Source: a virus
Taxonomy: Duplodnaviria > Caudoviricetes
IMG/VR virus record: IMGVR_UViG_2917762859_000001
Strand: one strand, 5' to 3'
Length of the DNA: 64,000 nt
The translations under genes were made by a program, and so were the position numbers. Each line of letters starts with the position of its first letter. The first letter of the stretch is position 1. Shown here in pieces: positions 10,270-20,189 of this stretch. The notes under the pieces were generated by a model, which worked only from the letters and a program-made list of their open reading frames with translations, searched no databases and was not told the origin of the DNA.

Positions 10270-12519
10270 ATGTCTACAATTCCAACACAAAATCCAGTTC
10301 CAAGTGAAGCGGCGAAAGACCTTAAATTTAACTCAGGTAAAATTGACGAATTCGTTACGTCAATGAAAAATAAATATATCGATAGATTCGGGCAAGAACA
10401 TTTTACAATCGAAGGATTGCGGTGGGTTGCTCAACAAGCAATATCTCAATTCGGCTATATCACATTAGAATCATTCCAAAAAGGTGCAGAAATAACACTG
10501 CCAAATCAAGTTTTACGCGATGAGGTAACAGGAGAGTATTATCGTTGGGATGGTGAGCTACCCAAATATGTTCCTTTAAATTCAAGCCCTGAAAATACAG
10601 GTGGGGTAGGATTGGGTAAATGGGTAAGTGTTGGTGATGCTAGTTTAAGGAGAGAGTTATCTGAAAATAGTGGTTCATCATTAATTGGCACAAAAACAGG
10701 AGATACAGTTGAAGAAAGATTTTCATCAATTGAGCAAGATGTGAAGGAGTCTGCAGGGAAATCTTTATCAAATATTAAAATTTTTGCAGAACTACCTCTT
10801 AGACCTGCCGGATATGGAGAGATATTAGAAAAATACAACTACAAATATATATACCCACAAGGAATGTGTTTTTTTGATGATGATAATGAAATATATATAA
10901 CGTGCTCTGGGGTTGGGGGGGATAATAACTGGGCATGGATATATGTTTATGATAGAGATTCACTATCTTTAAAATCGATATTCTCAGCTGGTGATACTAA
11001 CTCAGAGGGCTTATATGTAACAAAAATAGATGGTGATAAATATCTTTTTATTCTTGATTATTATTCTGGTTCTGGCAATGGTAAAACAGGAGTATATAAA
11101 TTACCTAATGATATATCTTCAGTTAATATGACAAGATTAACTGCATATAATGTTTGCAACACAAGGCAGTATTTTCAAATTGCTGGATATAATAATCAAA
11201 TAATAATTGAGGTTAATAATGGTTCAGATGCGCCGCAGTTTTTGCAAAGAAGAACAAAATTTAATTATTATGATGCGAGAGACTTGCTGGAAAATATAGA
11301 ACCTACTCCTATTGGAGCTATATCTGTTGATAAAAATATCGAAAAGATAGGTAAAAGACAAGGTATCGCAATTACTCCAAATGGATTAATAACATCAGGT
11401 GGAGCATATACTCCATACGGTGGTGATGTTAATGATGAAAATATTTTTTCATTCAGAACGTTAACTTTTTCAGGTAATGAGACAGGTTCTTTGTTATGCG
11501 ATCCCAATAAGTTGTGTGATCAGATAAACCCACACTTAAAGCAAAAAGCAACAAGGATGGAAAATGAAGGGTGTGCGTACACTGAAAATGGTGATGGTAT
11601 CATCCTTTCTTTAAACGTATTAAACACAGATAATGATGTTGGTGGTATTTTTCTTTTTGAACATTTTATTTCTTCCGCTGATAAAAATATTATTGATGTA
11701 TCTTCCGCAATCCTCTTGGACTGCTTAGATAATAATAATGATACAAATATTGATATATCTATAATTCCATACGATAAGTTACAAAATAAAAGATTAACAA
11801 CACTAAAACAAATACTAGATAGAATGAATCGTGATGGAGTTCAGGTTTATCAGTTTTATAATGGTTACACTCCATATGTGACTGATATTAACGGTATGGA
11901 AATAACACCAAGCTGTTCAGTAACTATAAAGAATTTTAATTCCTATTCTTATCTTGTCACAGTCTCAGGAAATAGAACCAACTATCAAATGTTTGTTACA
12001 GGAGATATAGGTGGGCCATATACTCAGCATATGGACTCAATAGCAACATCACCTTTTAATCAGATAAGACCTGAGTTTTTAAGTAGAGGTGTTAAAATTC
12101 AAGGGGTTAATGGGCTTCCGTGTGATAACTACTACACTAATAATCCAGGGCAAATCGCAATAGCCAGATATTACTCTGGAGATAACTCTTCTCCTATGCT
12201 AACAGGGTCTATTATTGTTGACGGGAGCTCAGGGAGAACATCATTCAATACAACATCAGACGAAAGGCTAAAAATTGACAAAGGAGAATATACCAATGGT
12301 TTAGATAAGATATTGAAACTGATAAACAATAATGCGCTAAGGAATTTTGAATGGAAGCATAATGGGCATGAACAGTATGGATTGATGGCGCAGAGAGTAA
12401 GCGACGTTATCCCTGATGCAGTGTCTTATGATAAAGATACAGACACATACATGGTTAACTATAGTGCTATCATACCTGACATAATCTCTGCTATAGCAGA
12501 ACTTTCAAAAAGAAAATAA
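10270..12519 (+). CDS. Tailspike/receptor-binding protein with C-terminal Peptidase_S74 chaperone
   Basis: Tailspike N-terminal motif YYRWDGELPK..WVSVGDASLR; propeller-like middle; TSDERLK autocleavage motif. Confidence 0.8.
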   Translation: MSTIPTQNPVPSEAAKDLKFNSGKIDEFVTSMKNKYIDRFGQEHFTIEGLRWVAQQAISQFGYITLESFQKGAEITLPNQVLRDEVTGEYYRWDGELPKYVPLNSSPENTGGVGLGKWVSVGDASLRRELSENSGSSLIGTKTGDTVEERFSSIEQDVKESAGKSLSNIKIFAELPLRPAGYGEILEKYNYKYIYPQGMCFFDDDNEIYITCSGVGGDNNWAWIYVYDRDSLSLKSIFSAGDTNSEGLYVTKIDGDKYLFILDYYSGSGNGKTGVYKLPNDISSVNMTRLTAYNVCNTRQYFQIAGYNNQIIIEVNNGSDAPQFLQRRTKFNYYDARDLLENIEPTPIGAISVDKNIEKIGKRQGIAITPNGLITSGGAYTPYGGDVNDENIFSFRTLTFSGNETGSLLCDPNKLCDQINPHLKQKATRMENEGCAYTENGDGIILSLNVLNTDNDVGGIFLFEHFISSADKNIIDVSSAILLDCLDNNNDTNIDISIIPYDKLQNKRLTTLKQILDRMNRDGVQVYQFYNGYTPYVTDINGMEITPSCSVTIKNFNSYSYLVTVSGNRTNYQMFVTGDIGGPYTQHMDSIATSPFNQIRPEFLSRGVKIQGVNGLPCDNYYTNNPGQIAIARYYSGDNSSPMLTGSIIVDGSSGRTSFNTTSDERLKIDKGEYTNGLDKILKLINNNALRNFEWKHNGHEQYGLMAQRVSDVIPDAVSYDKDTDTYMVNYSAIIPDIISAIAELSKRK

Positions 12520-12698
12520 AATATATAATGTGGCATATGCAAGTAAGTATTATCATGTTTGCGCTAATATATTCACTTGATATTGATGTGATATAATCAA
12601 CACGCGACATTAATTTACTCGCTTGCATATACATGATTATCAACATAAATTGTATTTTTTATGTTAATTTAATAATTAAAAAATAGCCTTATTAAAAC

Positions 12699-14768
12699 TT
12701 GATGTTTAAAAAATATAAGTTATCTGATATTTTTGATTTTATCAGATTTAACAATACAAGGCAGAGTTGCATGGTTTCTTATAGGAAAGAGCTTGATGGT
12801 ATAAGAGCGCTGGCTGTGATAGCTGTTATACTTTATCATGCTGATTTTCAATTGGTTGGAAAAACCCTTTTTAAGGGTGGTTATCTAGGTGTTGATGTAT
12901 TTTTTGTGCTTTCAGGGTATTTAATCACTGGTATCATAAGAGACAAGCTTGGAAAAGGAAATTTTTCGATAGTTGATTTCTATTGGCGAAGAATTAAACG
13001 TATAGTTCCAGCGCTACTTGTCGTTTTAATATTTACGTCAGTTTGTGCATATTTTGTTCTAATACCAGACTCTTTAATTGCTTATGCGAAATCATTAAGA
13101 TCGGCATTATATTTTGGTTCTAATTATTATTTCTTATCTGAAGATAGCTATATTGCTGAAGCGAGTATACATAAACCTTTACTTCATACATGGAGTCTTG
13201 CTGTCGAATGGCAATTCTATGTTTTATTCCCAATTATTATTTTATTCATAAACAAGTTTTTTAAAAGATACACGCTGGGTATCTTAATTATTATGATGCT
13301 TGCATCTTTACAGTATGCAAATATTATTGTTGGTGAAAGATCGGATGAAGCATTCTATTTACTTCCTTCTAGGGCGTGGGAACTATTTGCTGGAGGTATA
13401 GCCACGTTTTATAACAGATCAAATCTTGATACATTGAAAGATGGAACAATAGGTAGCTTAATTGCCAAAGCAATGCCAGTTTTTGGTTTGTTTTTAGTTA
13501 TTCATAGTATGATTTTTATTGGTCATGATAATCCTCACCCATCTTTTATAACTGCGATCCCTGTTATTGGGATATGCTTGTTTATTATCTTTGCAAATAA
13601 AGGAGATATTGCAAATGATATATTCTCAATTAAGCCTATTGTATTTATAGGTTTAATTTCATACTCATTATATCTATGGCATCAGCCTGTTTTTGTTTTT
13701 TTTAGATTACTAAAGTCTGATGAAATAAATCACTCTCAATTAATTATTTTAATAATAATCGCAATGTTATTATCTGTAATAACTTATTATTTGATAGAGA
13801 ATAAATTCAGGGTGAGGAAATTAAGTATTTTTAAAATAATAACACTTATATTAATGGCTTCTTTACTGTTTTCTTTTTACAAAGTAGCAATAGAAACCAA
13901 AGGCTTTTCTGATAGATTTAGTGGAAAATTAAAAGAAGTAAATGAACGATTCAGTGTATTAGAGTTTAGAAAATTAAAAGATGAAAATAATTTAGGTAAA
14001 GGATATTTATCTAGTCAACAACAATCACTATGTAATAATAGAACCGTTGATACAGCTTGTGCTTTTGGTGATAAAGAATGGATTAATATTGGAGATAGTT
14101 TTGCTGGTCAGTTAGATCCTGAATTGAAAAAGGCATTAGATGAAAAAGGCCATGGGTTTATTAGTATGACTTATGAGCAGTGTCCTTTTGTATCTCCTAA
14201 TATTTGGTTTGGTAATGTCCCTGAATGCGCAGTGGTTAATGAGGATAGATTAAAATACTTTTCTAACTTACAAGAGAAAAAGAAAATTATAGTCGCAGCT
14301 AATTACTGGCAGTTTTCATTGCCCAAAAAAAGGATACCTGTAAGCAATTTATCTTCATCTGCATTTCCAGAAAATGTTGATTTTGATAAAGAAATAGCGT
14401 GGAAAAGTTATGTTGACAACATTAAGTTCTTATTAAGTAAAGGTCATGATGTTTATGTCATCTATCCAATTCCTGTTCCTCATATTGATGTAAGGAATCA
14501 ATTACTAGGACAATTAAATACTCCTATCTCTACATATAGAGAGGAATTTTCACCGAGCAAATTATCATATCCAGATACAATAAGAACGACCAAAAAGCTA
14601 GATTCTCTTTTACCAGATCACCCTAATCTGCATAAAGTTTATACAGATAAGATTTTCTGTGAGAATGAGCAATGTTTAATTATTAATAGTGATGGTGCGA
14701 TATATAGCGGTGGAGGTGGTCACTTAACTGATGTTGGCGCTAAAATGGTTTTAAAAAGCTTTCTTTGA
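12699..14768 (+). CDS. O-antigen acetyltransferase, AT3-SGNH fusion (OafA/OafB-like; likely start 12771)
   Basis: YRKELDGIRALAV, GGYLGVDVFFVLSGYLIT, HTWSLAVEWQFY, SYSLYLWHQP and GDS motifs. Confidence 0.9.
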   Translation: MMFKKYKLSDIFDFIRFNNTRQSCMVSYRKELDGIRALAVIAVILYHADFQLVGKTLFKGGYLGVDVFFVLSGYLITGIIRDKLGKGNFSIVDFYWRRIKRIVPALLVVLIFTSVCAYFVLIPDSLIAYAKSLRSALYFGSNYYFLSEDSYIAEASIHKPLLHTWSLAVEWQFYVLFPIIILFINKFFKRYTLGILIIMMLASLQYANIIVGERSDEAFYLLPSRAWELFAGGIATFYNRSNLDTLKDGTIGSLIAKAMPVFGLFLVIHSMIFIGHDNPHPSFITAIPVIGICLFIIFANKGDIANDIFSIKPIVFIGLISYSLYLWHQPVFVFFRLLKSDEINHSQLIILIIIAMLLSVITYYLIENKFRVRKLSIFKIITLILMASLLFSFYKVAIETKGFSDRFSGKLKEVNERFSVLEFRKLKDENNLGKGYLSSQQQSLCNNRTVDTACAFGDKEWINIGDSFAGQLDPELKKALDEKGHGFISMTYEQCPFVSPNIWFGNVPECAVVNEDRLKYFSNLQEKKKIIVAANYWQFSLPKKRIPVSNLSSSAFPENVDFDKEIAWKSYVDNIKFLLSKGHDVYVIYPIPVPHIDVRNQLLGQLNTPISTYREEFSPSKLSYPDTIRTTKKLDSLLPDHPNLHKVYTDKIFCENEQCLIINSDGAIYSGGGGHLTDVGAKMVLKSFL

Positions 14769-14869
14769 TTAATAGAAAAGTCCACTTTAGTGGGCTTTTT
14801 CTTGTTCATTGCCAAATATTACTCAGCTAGTTACTAAAAGAATTCTTAAGGCTCACATTTATCATTTTT

Positions 14870-15979
14870 ATGACGGGCATCTTATTGATGCCTATTTTTC
14901 ATATATCACACTTTTATTTCATATTTCGTACAAGTATACTATTTATATGTAAATCAAATTACGAGGCTATGATTTTGTGGGCTGATAACTTAAGGTCAAT
15001 ATCGATACTTGCTGTTGTTTTGTTACACGTATCTTCAGGGTTTGTTGGAGATATAGATATTTCAAGTGATTTATATGGAAGCAAAAGCTGGTGGGCAGGG
15101 AATATCTACGAATCTATATCAAGATGGTGCGTTCCATCTTTTGTTATGATTAGTGGTTATTTTTTGTTAAACAAGAAAGAGGATAACCTGACTTTTTTTC
15201 ACAAAAGAGTAAAAAGAATATTAATACCACTTATCTTTTGGTCTGTATTTTTTTCTTTTTGGATGGTGTTAAGATATTTTGCTAAAGGTGCAGATGTATT
15301 GCCAGCTTTAATAAAAAACTGGCTCCTTGGTCAGCCTTACTATCACCTTTGGTTTTTATTCATGATACCATTCTTATATTTGGTGACACCGATTTTAAGA
15401 GTGGCGTTTAGTAACTCATCTAAAGGTGTTTTATTTTCATTTATAGTATTGTGTTTTTCGTTATCAATGCTCACTGTTATATTTTACTATATTGCATCCT
15501 TACTTAACATGGGTAGTAAGGTAACTTTATTCACAAATAACTTTCTGATGTTTTTGGGTTATTTTTGTCTTGGTGGGTATATTTGCAAGTACAATATAGA
15601 GTTAAAATTGGTAAATAGTTTACTTATCTTTCTTCTATCAATAATGGCGACAGCCATAGGTAGCTATTTTTTTACCTACGAATATTTTTACTCTTACTTA
15701 AGTATCACTACCGTTTTTTCATCTATATCTATTTTTTTCTTAATCAAGCAATCTTTAAATAGAAAATCATTCATTGGTTATTTTTCTGGATTAAGCTTCG
15801 GTATCTATCTTATACACCCTGTTTTTATAGATATAATCTCTTTTTTAGGGAAGGGTTTAATACAAGGGAAAATAAATGCATTCATTTATATACCGCTTGC
15901 AACAATTTGTGTCTATCTTCTTTCATATTTAGTGGCGCTATTTATGAGTAAATCTAGAATTCTTAATAAATGCATATGA
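14870..15979 (+). CDS. Acyltransferase_3 membrane protein (AT3 only; WecH/YiaH-like)
   Basis: DNLRSISILAVVLLH, VPSFVMISGY, YHLWFL and SFGIYLIHP motifs. Confidence 0.85.
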   Translation: MTGILLMPIFHISHFYFIFRTSILFICKSNYEAMILWADNLRSISILAVVLLHVSSGFVGDIDISSDLYGSKSWWAGNIYESISRWCVPSFVMISGYFLLNKKEDNLTFFHKRVKRILIPLIFWSVFFSFWMVLRYFAKGADVLPALIKNWLLGQPYYHLWFLFMIPFLYLVTPILRVAFSNSSKGVLFSFIVLCFSLSMLTVIFYYIASLLNMGSKVTLFTNNFLMFLGYFCLGGYICKYNIELKLVNSLLIFLLSIMATAIGSYFFTYEYFYSYLSITTVFSSISIFFLIKQSLNRKSFIGYFSGLSFGIYLIHPVFIDIISFLGKGLIQGKINAFIYIPLATICVYLLSYLVALFMSKSRILNKCI

Positions 15980-16007
15980 CCATAAAGCCCACTTCGGTGG
16001 GCTTCTA

Positions 16008-16228
16008 TTATTCACTCTTCAAATACTGCACCGATTTACTGTCAGGCAGCCTCTTACTTCTCTCACGATAAAACGTTAATCGTTCATTAAAATACTCACG
16101 CAAATGTGCTGGTTGTTGTCGTTCAACTTCTGAGGCGACAACTGGCATTCTTTATATGCGACACCACTTGCGGCCAAATCGACATTAATCTTGTCTTTTT
16201 CTTCTTGAATTAGGTTTGCGAGGTTCAT
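16008..16228 (-). pseudogene. holE: DNA polymerase III theta (HolE/Hot)-like, frameshifted
   Basis: MNLANLIQEEKDKINVDLAASGVAYKE continues in another frame as MPVVASEVERQQPAHLREYFNERL. Confidence 0.8.
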
Positions 16229-16264
16229 AGTAGATCCGGTTAGTTTTTGGAGAGTATAGCAGGG

Positions 16265-16347
16265 TGGGAGAATTGATGGGACTAATTTGGGACAAGCAAC
16301 ATGAAGTAGCATAAGGCAACTTCAAGTAACTTTAGGTAAGGTGGGAC
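16265..16347 (+). repeat. Putative integrase arm-type sites of prophage 1 (TGGGAC repeats)
   Basis: TGGGAC at 16277, 16288 and 16342, next to the att core. Confidence 0.55.
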
Positions 16348-16402
16348 GTGTGAACGCTTGGTGAGACTGTATTTAGTTGATATTAAAGCATAATTCTACG
16401 CT

Positions 16403-16459
16403 CTTCTAAGCCGTAGGTCACAGGTTCGAATCCTGTAGGGCGTACCATTTAAAATCAAT
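16403..16459 (+). repeat. att core: 3' half of tRNA-Arg(TCT); prophage 1/prophage 2 junction
   Basis: 57-bp direct repeat with 57163-57219; CTTCTAA anticodon loop, GGTTCGAATCC and CCA; no tRNA 5' half. Confidence 0.95.
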
Positions 16460-16494
16460 GAGTTACAGGATTTTAAAAAGAAACCCGCAAGAGA

Positions 16495-16518
16495 TGCGGG
16501 TCAAGTAACGGGTCAAGT
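16495..16518 (+). repeat. Putative arm-type sites of prophage 2 (left)
   Basis: TGCGGGTCAAGTAACGGGTCAAGT, identical to 57022-57045. Confidence 0.75.
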
Positions 16519-16523
16519 TAGCA

Positions 16524-16712
16524 TTACAGTTTTTCACTTCTAACCCACTCTTCATAGACATGTTCTGGCCAGCCTAAAAACGTACCACCTTTTGTTCTTT
16601 CTGGCCTGGGAAACTCATTTCGTTTTGCGTACATTCTCCAAATTGTAGGTTTGCTTTTGCCAGTTAACTGGATCATTTCCTTCCACTTAATATATCGAGT
16701 TGTAGTTGTCAC
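16524..16712 (-). CDS. xis: AlpA-family excisionase
   Basis: 62-aa winged-helix (EMIQLTGKSKPTIWRM..EFPRP) beside att. Confidence 0.8.
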   Translation of the reverse strand: MTTTTRYIKWKEMIQLTGKSKPTIWRMYAKRNEFPRPERTKGGTFLGWPEHVYEEWVRSEKL

Positions 16713-17026
16713 TTTTTGTCTCCCTTCCTATACCCGTTCTCCGTAATAGCCTGTGCGATAGTCGCTGGTGGGTTATCCCAATGAGCATCAAAAATGATAT
16801 CGTTTAAATGATATTTGCTAATGTCATCCAATGTCTTAGGCAAATTGTCATGAGGTAATTTTAAATAAATAGAATCACCGGTCATGCTCACCGTAATATC
16901 AATGATCTGTTCAGTGGTAAAATCTGTTTTACGATAACCAGCCTTCCAAACAGCATCTGTTATATCACTCGGATCAGTACCTGCATTTTTGATGACACTA
17001 ACGAGATTGAAATCTAAAGTTGTCAT
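16709..17026 (-). CDS. Phage hypothetical protein
   Basis: Coupled ORF; internal AGYRK/NGYRK repeat. Confidence 0.65.
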   Translation of the reverse strand: MTTLDFNLVSVIKNAGTDPSDITDAVWKAGYRKTDFTTEQIIDITVSMTGDSIYLKLPHDNLPKTLDDISKYHLNDIIFDAHWDNPPATIAQAITENGYRKGDKK

Positions 17027-17634
17027 TAATCATCATCCTTAATTAAACTGTAAACTTTATCAGTGATATCAAAAGCATTATCAGCCACTGGTAGTACAAG
17101 TAATTTAGGATCTCCAAATGCGTCTTTTGTCATAGATGAAAAATTAAAAAGCACATTCTTGTTATTTTTTGTTTTTAGTATTCCTGTAATAACACGACCA
17201 AATAATAAATAAGGTAAAGCTAAGTACATGGCCTGTATTAAAGGTGCTTCACCTTTAATAAATTCCTGCTCAAAAAGACAATTAAATGATGGGTACTTAT
17301 CTTTAATTAAAGTGAGCTTTGTTTTATAGGAGGGATAGAAATTTTCATCCTTCTCTTGTTTATAATGAATAGCGACATAAGAACCATCGTCATATGATTT
17401 AATATGTGTATATTCAGCATCTCTAGGAATTGCTTCATCAAATTGAATAACAATATCATCACTGAATTCAGAATTGTGTTTCATGCGCAATACTGCATGC
17501 CCATTAGATACTTCGATATATTCAGCGTTGATGTGGATGCAATTAGTAATAAGACGAACATCATCACTCATTTTTAATAATGTAAGTGCAGCTCTTAATT
17601 GGCTTGTCTCGATGTAAGGTAATTTAGTTGTCAT
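17026..17634 (-). CDS. Phage protein resembling a sliding-clamp (DnaN) domain
   Basis: DVRLITNCIHI..IEVSNGH resembles the beta-clamp motif DVRYYLNG..ATDGH. Confidence 0.45.
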   Translation of the reverse strand: MTTKLPYIETSQLRAALTLLKMSDDVRLITNCIHINAEYIEVSNGHAVLRMKHNSEFSDDIVIQFDEAIPRDAEYTHIKSYDDGSYVAIHYKQEKDENFYPSYKTKLTLIKDKYPSFNCLFEQEFIKGEAPLIQAMYLALPYLLFGRVITGILKTKNNKNVLFNFSSMTKDAFGDPKLLVLPVADNAFDITDKVYSLIKDDD

Positions 17635-17646
17635 TTTTTACCGTCC

Positions 17647-18228
17647 TTAGTGCATAGTTGGCATAGCTAGAAATCCGTTATTAGCTTCTAACTCGCGAAT
17701 ATAATCATCATGAAGAATACAAAGTCCTTCACGTCCTTTTTCTGATAGGCGAGGGCCATGCTCAAGAGAGATATCTAGAAAGCCGATATAGGCTTTTATG
17801 ATGAAGTCAGGGCAATAATCTTTATAGATACCCCCTAACTCTTCGATAAAAATGCTTTCAAAATGGCTTGCAAGACAAAGGCGCAAAGAAGCTGGGTAAA
17901 TGGTTAAAGCGTTTTCTCCGTTACTGTAAATAGTGGCAAGATCAACACCGCCTTCTTCATTACGAATTTCAGTGGTGCCATTTTTTTCTTGCAGTTCGCG
18001 GATGAAGCAAGTTGCTACCACCCAGCGCCATACAGAAATTCGCTGTTCAGGTGTTAATGTTTCAGGTTCATCAGCTAATTTACCCATGACTGCGGCGGCC
18101 AAATATAAACCTTTCAATAACTCTTTATCGTATTGACCTGATTCAAGCGCCATTACAGCTTCAGAGTAAGAAATTAAAGCACCATCATCAGAAATAATGC
18201 CATTACTAGTATCAGTAAAATAAGCCAT
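17647..18228 (-). CDS. Phage hypothetical protein
   Basis: 193-aa ORF in the early left operon. Confidence 0.7.
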   Translation of the reverse strand: MAYFTDTSNGIISDDGALISYSEAVMALESGQYDKELLKGLYLAAAVMGKLADEPETLTPEQRISVWRWVVATCFIRELQEKNGTTEIRNEEGGVDLATIYSNGENALTIYPASLRLCLASHFESIFIEELGGIYKDYCPDFIIKAYIGFLDISLEHGPRLSEKGREGLCILHDDYIRELEANNGFLAMPTMH

Positions 18229-18926
18229 TATTTATCCTCCCACCCAATAGCTTGAAATAGTCCCATTTTAGGGTGATGCCAGCGAGTGCCACGTTTCTCG
18301 GCTTCGCTCATCATTGCCTTGAATGCAGATATAAAATCAGCCTCATGAATAATGGCCATCGGTCTAGGCATACCTTCGGGCGTAAGAATAGTTATTGTAT
18401 TTTTGCGAACATTGAACTGTTTGGTGAGTGTTTTGCACTTATCCACCGTCATACCTGATTTAGTTCTAGCCAGAGAGTACCCGATCCAGCCAGTAGGGAT
18501 GGTTCCTTGTTTTATTTGCTCAACGACTTCATTTACTTGTTCAACTTTTTGCTCTACATGAGATATTCGGCGTTCACTTTCTAAGTTAGCTAGTGCCATA
18601 GCAGCAATAATTTCTGCCTGTGATTTAGGTTTGACTCGTTCATCTTCAAGTTCTTTCCAGCGATCAACTAACCGAGCTGTAAATTCAGGTGATAATTGAG
18701 CAACTACAATAATGCTGTCACGCTTACCTTCTTCACCTGAAAATAAATAGTGTTTTGGTATTACTCCGTTAGCTGATTTAGCTCCATCCTCCAATGGAGG
18801 GTGGGAAATCACACCGCTATTAGTTAGTCTTTCAATGGTTCTTTTTACATTGTCTTCACGAGCGCCGACTAAATCAGCGATTTCTTTTGAGGTCATTGAT
18901 AATTCTGTATTGATTAAATATTGCAT
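18228..18926 (-). CDS. Rha-family regulator/antirepressor
   Basis: MTSKEIADLVG..NVKRTIERL and VAQLSPEFTARLVDRW motifs. Confidence 0.8.
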   Translation of the reverse strand: MQYLINTELSMTSKEIADLVGAREDNVKRTIERLTNSGVISHPPLEDGAKSANGVIPKHYLFSGEEGKRDSIIVVAQLSPEFTARLVDRWKELEDERVKPKSQAEIIAAMALANLESERRISHVEQKVEQVNEVVEQIKQGTIPTGWIGYSLARTKSGMTVDKCKTLTKQFNVRKNTITILTPEGMPRPMAIIHEADFISAFKAMMSEAEKRGTRWHHPKMGLFQAIGWEDK

Positions 18927-18928
18927 AA

Positions 18929-19150
18929 TTAAATGTCCTTATTTATTTTGTTTATATGTCGCCGCATAGATCTATTTAGTGGCATTTCTACGAAATCAAT
19001 ATTGGATTGAAATGTTGATACGTATTTAGATATGTTTGGATGAAAGAGATTGTCTTCTTGCTTCATTCTCAACCAACAGTCAAAATCTGTGCCTTTATGT
19101 CCTTGTTTAGTTTTACTTCCGCCTCTTCTACTTTTTATTTTCTTACTCAT
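18929..19150 (-). CDS. Phage hypothetical protein
   Basis: Coupled ORF. Confidence 0.55.
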   Translation of the reverse strand: MSKKIKSRRGGSKTKQGHKGTDFDCWLRMKQEDNLFHPNISKYVSTFQSNIDFVEMPLNRSMRRHINKINKDI

Positions 19151-19374
19151 AACATGCCACCCGGTATTTTAATTTTGGCTTTATCTAAACAGCGCTTTGA
19201 TGATTGATTACTTATTTTTTGTTGATAACTCATTGCACCTTTGGCAGGTGGATCTGCAATAATGAAAGCTTGGTTGTAATGTTCTAATGCGCGCCTATAA
19301 AATCCTTTGCTCTCTAATTGTTTGCCCTTGCTCATGAATTCAGAATACGTCATGATATTTATATTCCTCTCCAT
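19147..19374 (-). CDS. PerC-like small regulator
   Basis: LESKGFYRRA motif. Confidence 0.5.
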   Translation of the reverse strand: MERNINIMTYSEFMSKGKQLESKGFYRRALEHYNQAFIIADPPAKGAMSYQQKISNQSSKRCLDKAKIKIPGGML

Positions 19375-19692
19375 TTAAGTAAGGCGGTAAATACTCAACA
19401 ATATAATCAATCATGTATTTACCCATATCGGAAATTGAGCCATTTAGGTTATATAACCACTCATAAGTATTGTAGATATCTTTATCACTCCACTTACAAC
19501 GTTGACGGCAATCTTTTTCTTCATAGACATCACGGAAGAAGTTATTTAAGTTTTCAAAGTTAATTTCTGTAATAACAGTTTTATTATTTACCTTTGATTT
19601 AAATTTAGCTTTCTTTCCATTTTTTTAATGTAAATAAGTACCGAATTGATAAAACGCTTTCTTCTTATTTCAAGTAAATTAACTTTATCCAT
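19340..19692 (-). pseudogene. ~117-aa phage gene frameshifted at an A7 run
   Basis: AGGAG RBS and ATG; adding one A at 19620-19626 gives a continuous ORF. Confidence 0.6.
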
Positions 19693-19766
19693 GTTGCTTA
19701 CTCCTAATTCAGAGCGCAGCAATCCCTAGCATGAACGCTATAATTAATTTTTATTTAGTAGATGAT

Positions 19767-20189
19767 TTATTTATTGGTCAACGCGTTATTTAATTCATAA
19801 TATAATCTATCAGCTTCTTTTTCTGCATCATCATATTTAGCGACAGCTTTAGCATATTCTTTTTGTAAGCGTTCAATATTACGTTCCTGCTTTAATCGCT
19901 CTTGGAGTTCGGTTAGTTTAGCTTCCTTGCGATCCATAAAGTGTTCGGTAGGTTCGCCACGCTTGAAAGCGACTGTGCCATTTTCAAGTTCGCATTGTTC
20001 ACCTTCATAGTTAGTCTCAATGCCTTCTTTATGAAATTCACGCTCGGTGAGAATATTTGCTAGCTTATTTAATGCTGAACGCTCACTTAAGTAAGCACGG
20101 TTGGCACCTGCAATAATATAAACAGGGCGCATAGCAATAGTAATTTGATTGTCAGTTGCTTTCTCAATAGCTTCGTGTTGTTTACTCAT
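19767..20189 (-). CDS. Phage hypothetical coiled-coil protein
   Basis: Coupled ORF. Confidence 0.65.
   Translation of the reverse strand: MSKQHEAIEKATDNQITIAMRPVYIIAGANRAYLSERSALNKLANILTEREFHKEGIETNYEGEQCELENGTVAFKRGEPTEHFMDRKEAKLTELQERLKQERNIERLQKEYAKAVAKYDDAEKEADRLYYELNNALTNK

Larger units (their letters stand above)
1..16459 (+). mobile_element. Prophage 1 (right part; defective siphovirus-like prophage)
   Basis: Terminase-portal-head-tail gene order ending at a tRNA-Arg 3' att copy; no tape measure or tail-tip genes. Confidence 0.9.

Noticed and set aside
16076-16312. 78-aa ORF as an intact gene
   Set aside because: Chimeric reading of the frameshifted holE-like pseudogene
16380-16447. 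Complete tRNA-Arg gene
   Set aside because: Only the anticodon loop to CCA is present, with no acceptor 5' strand or D arm; the same holds at 57163
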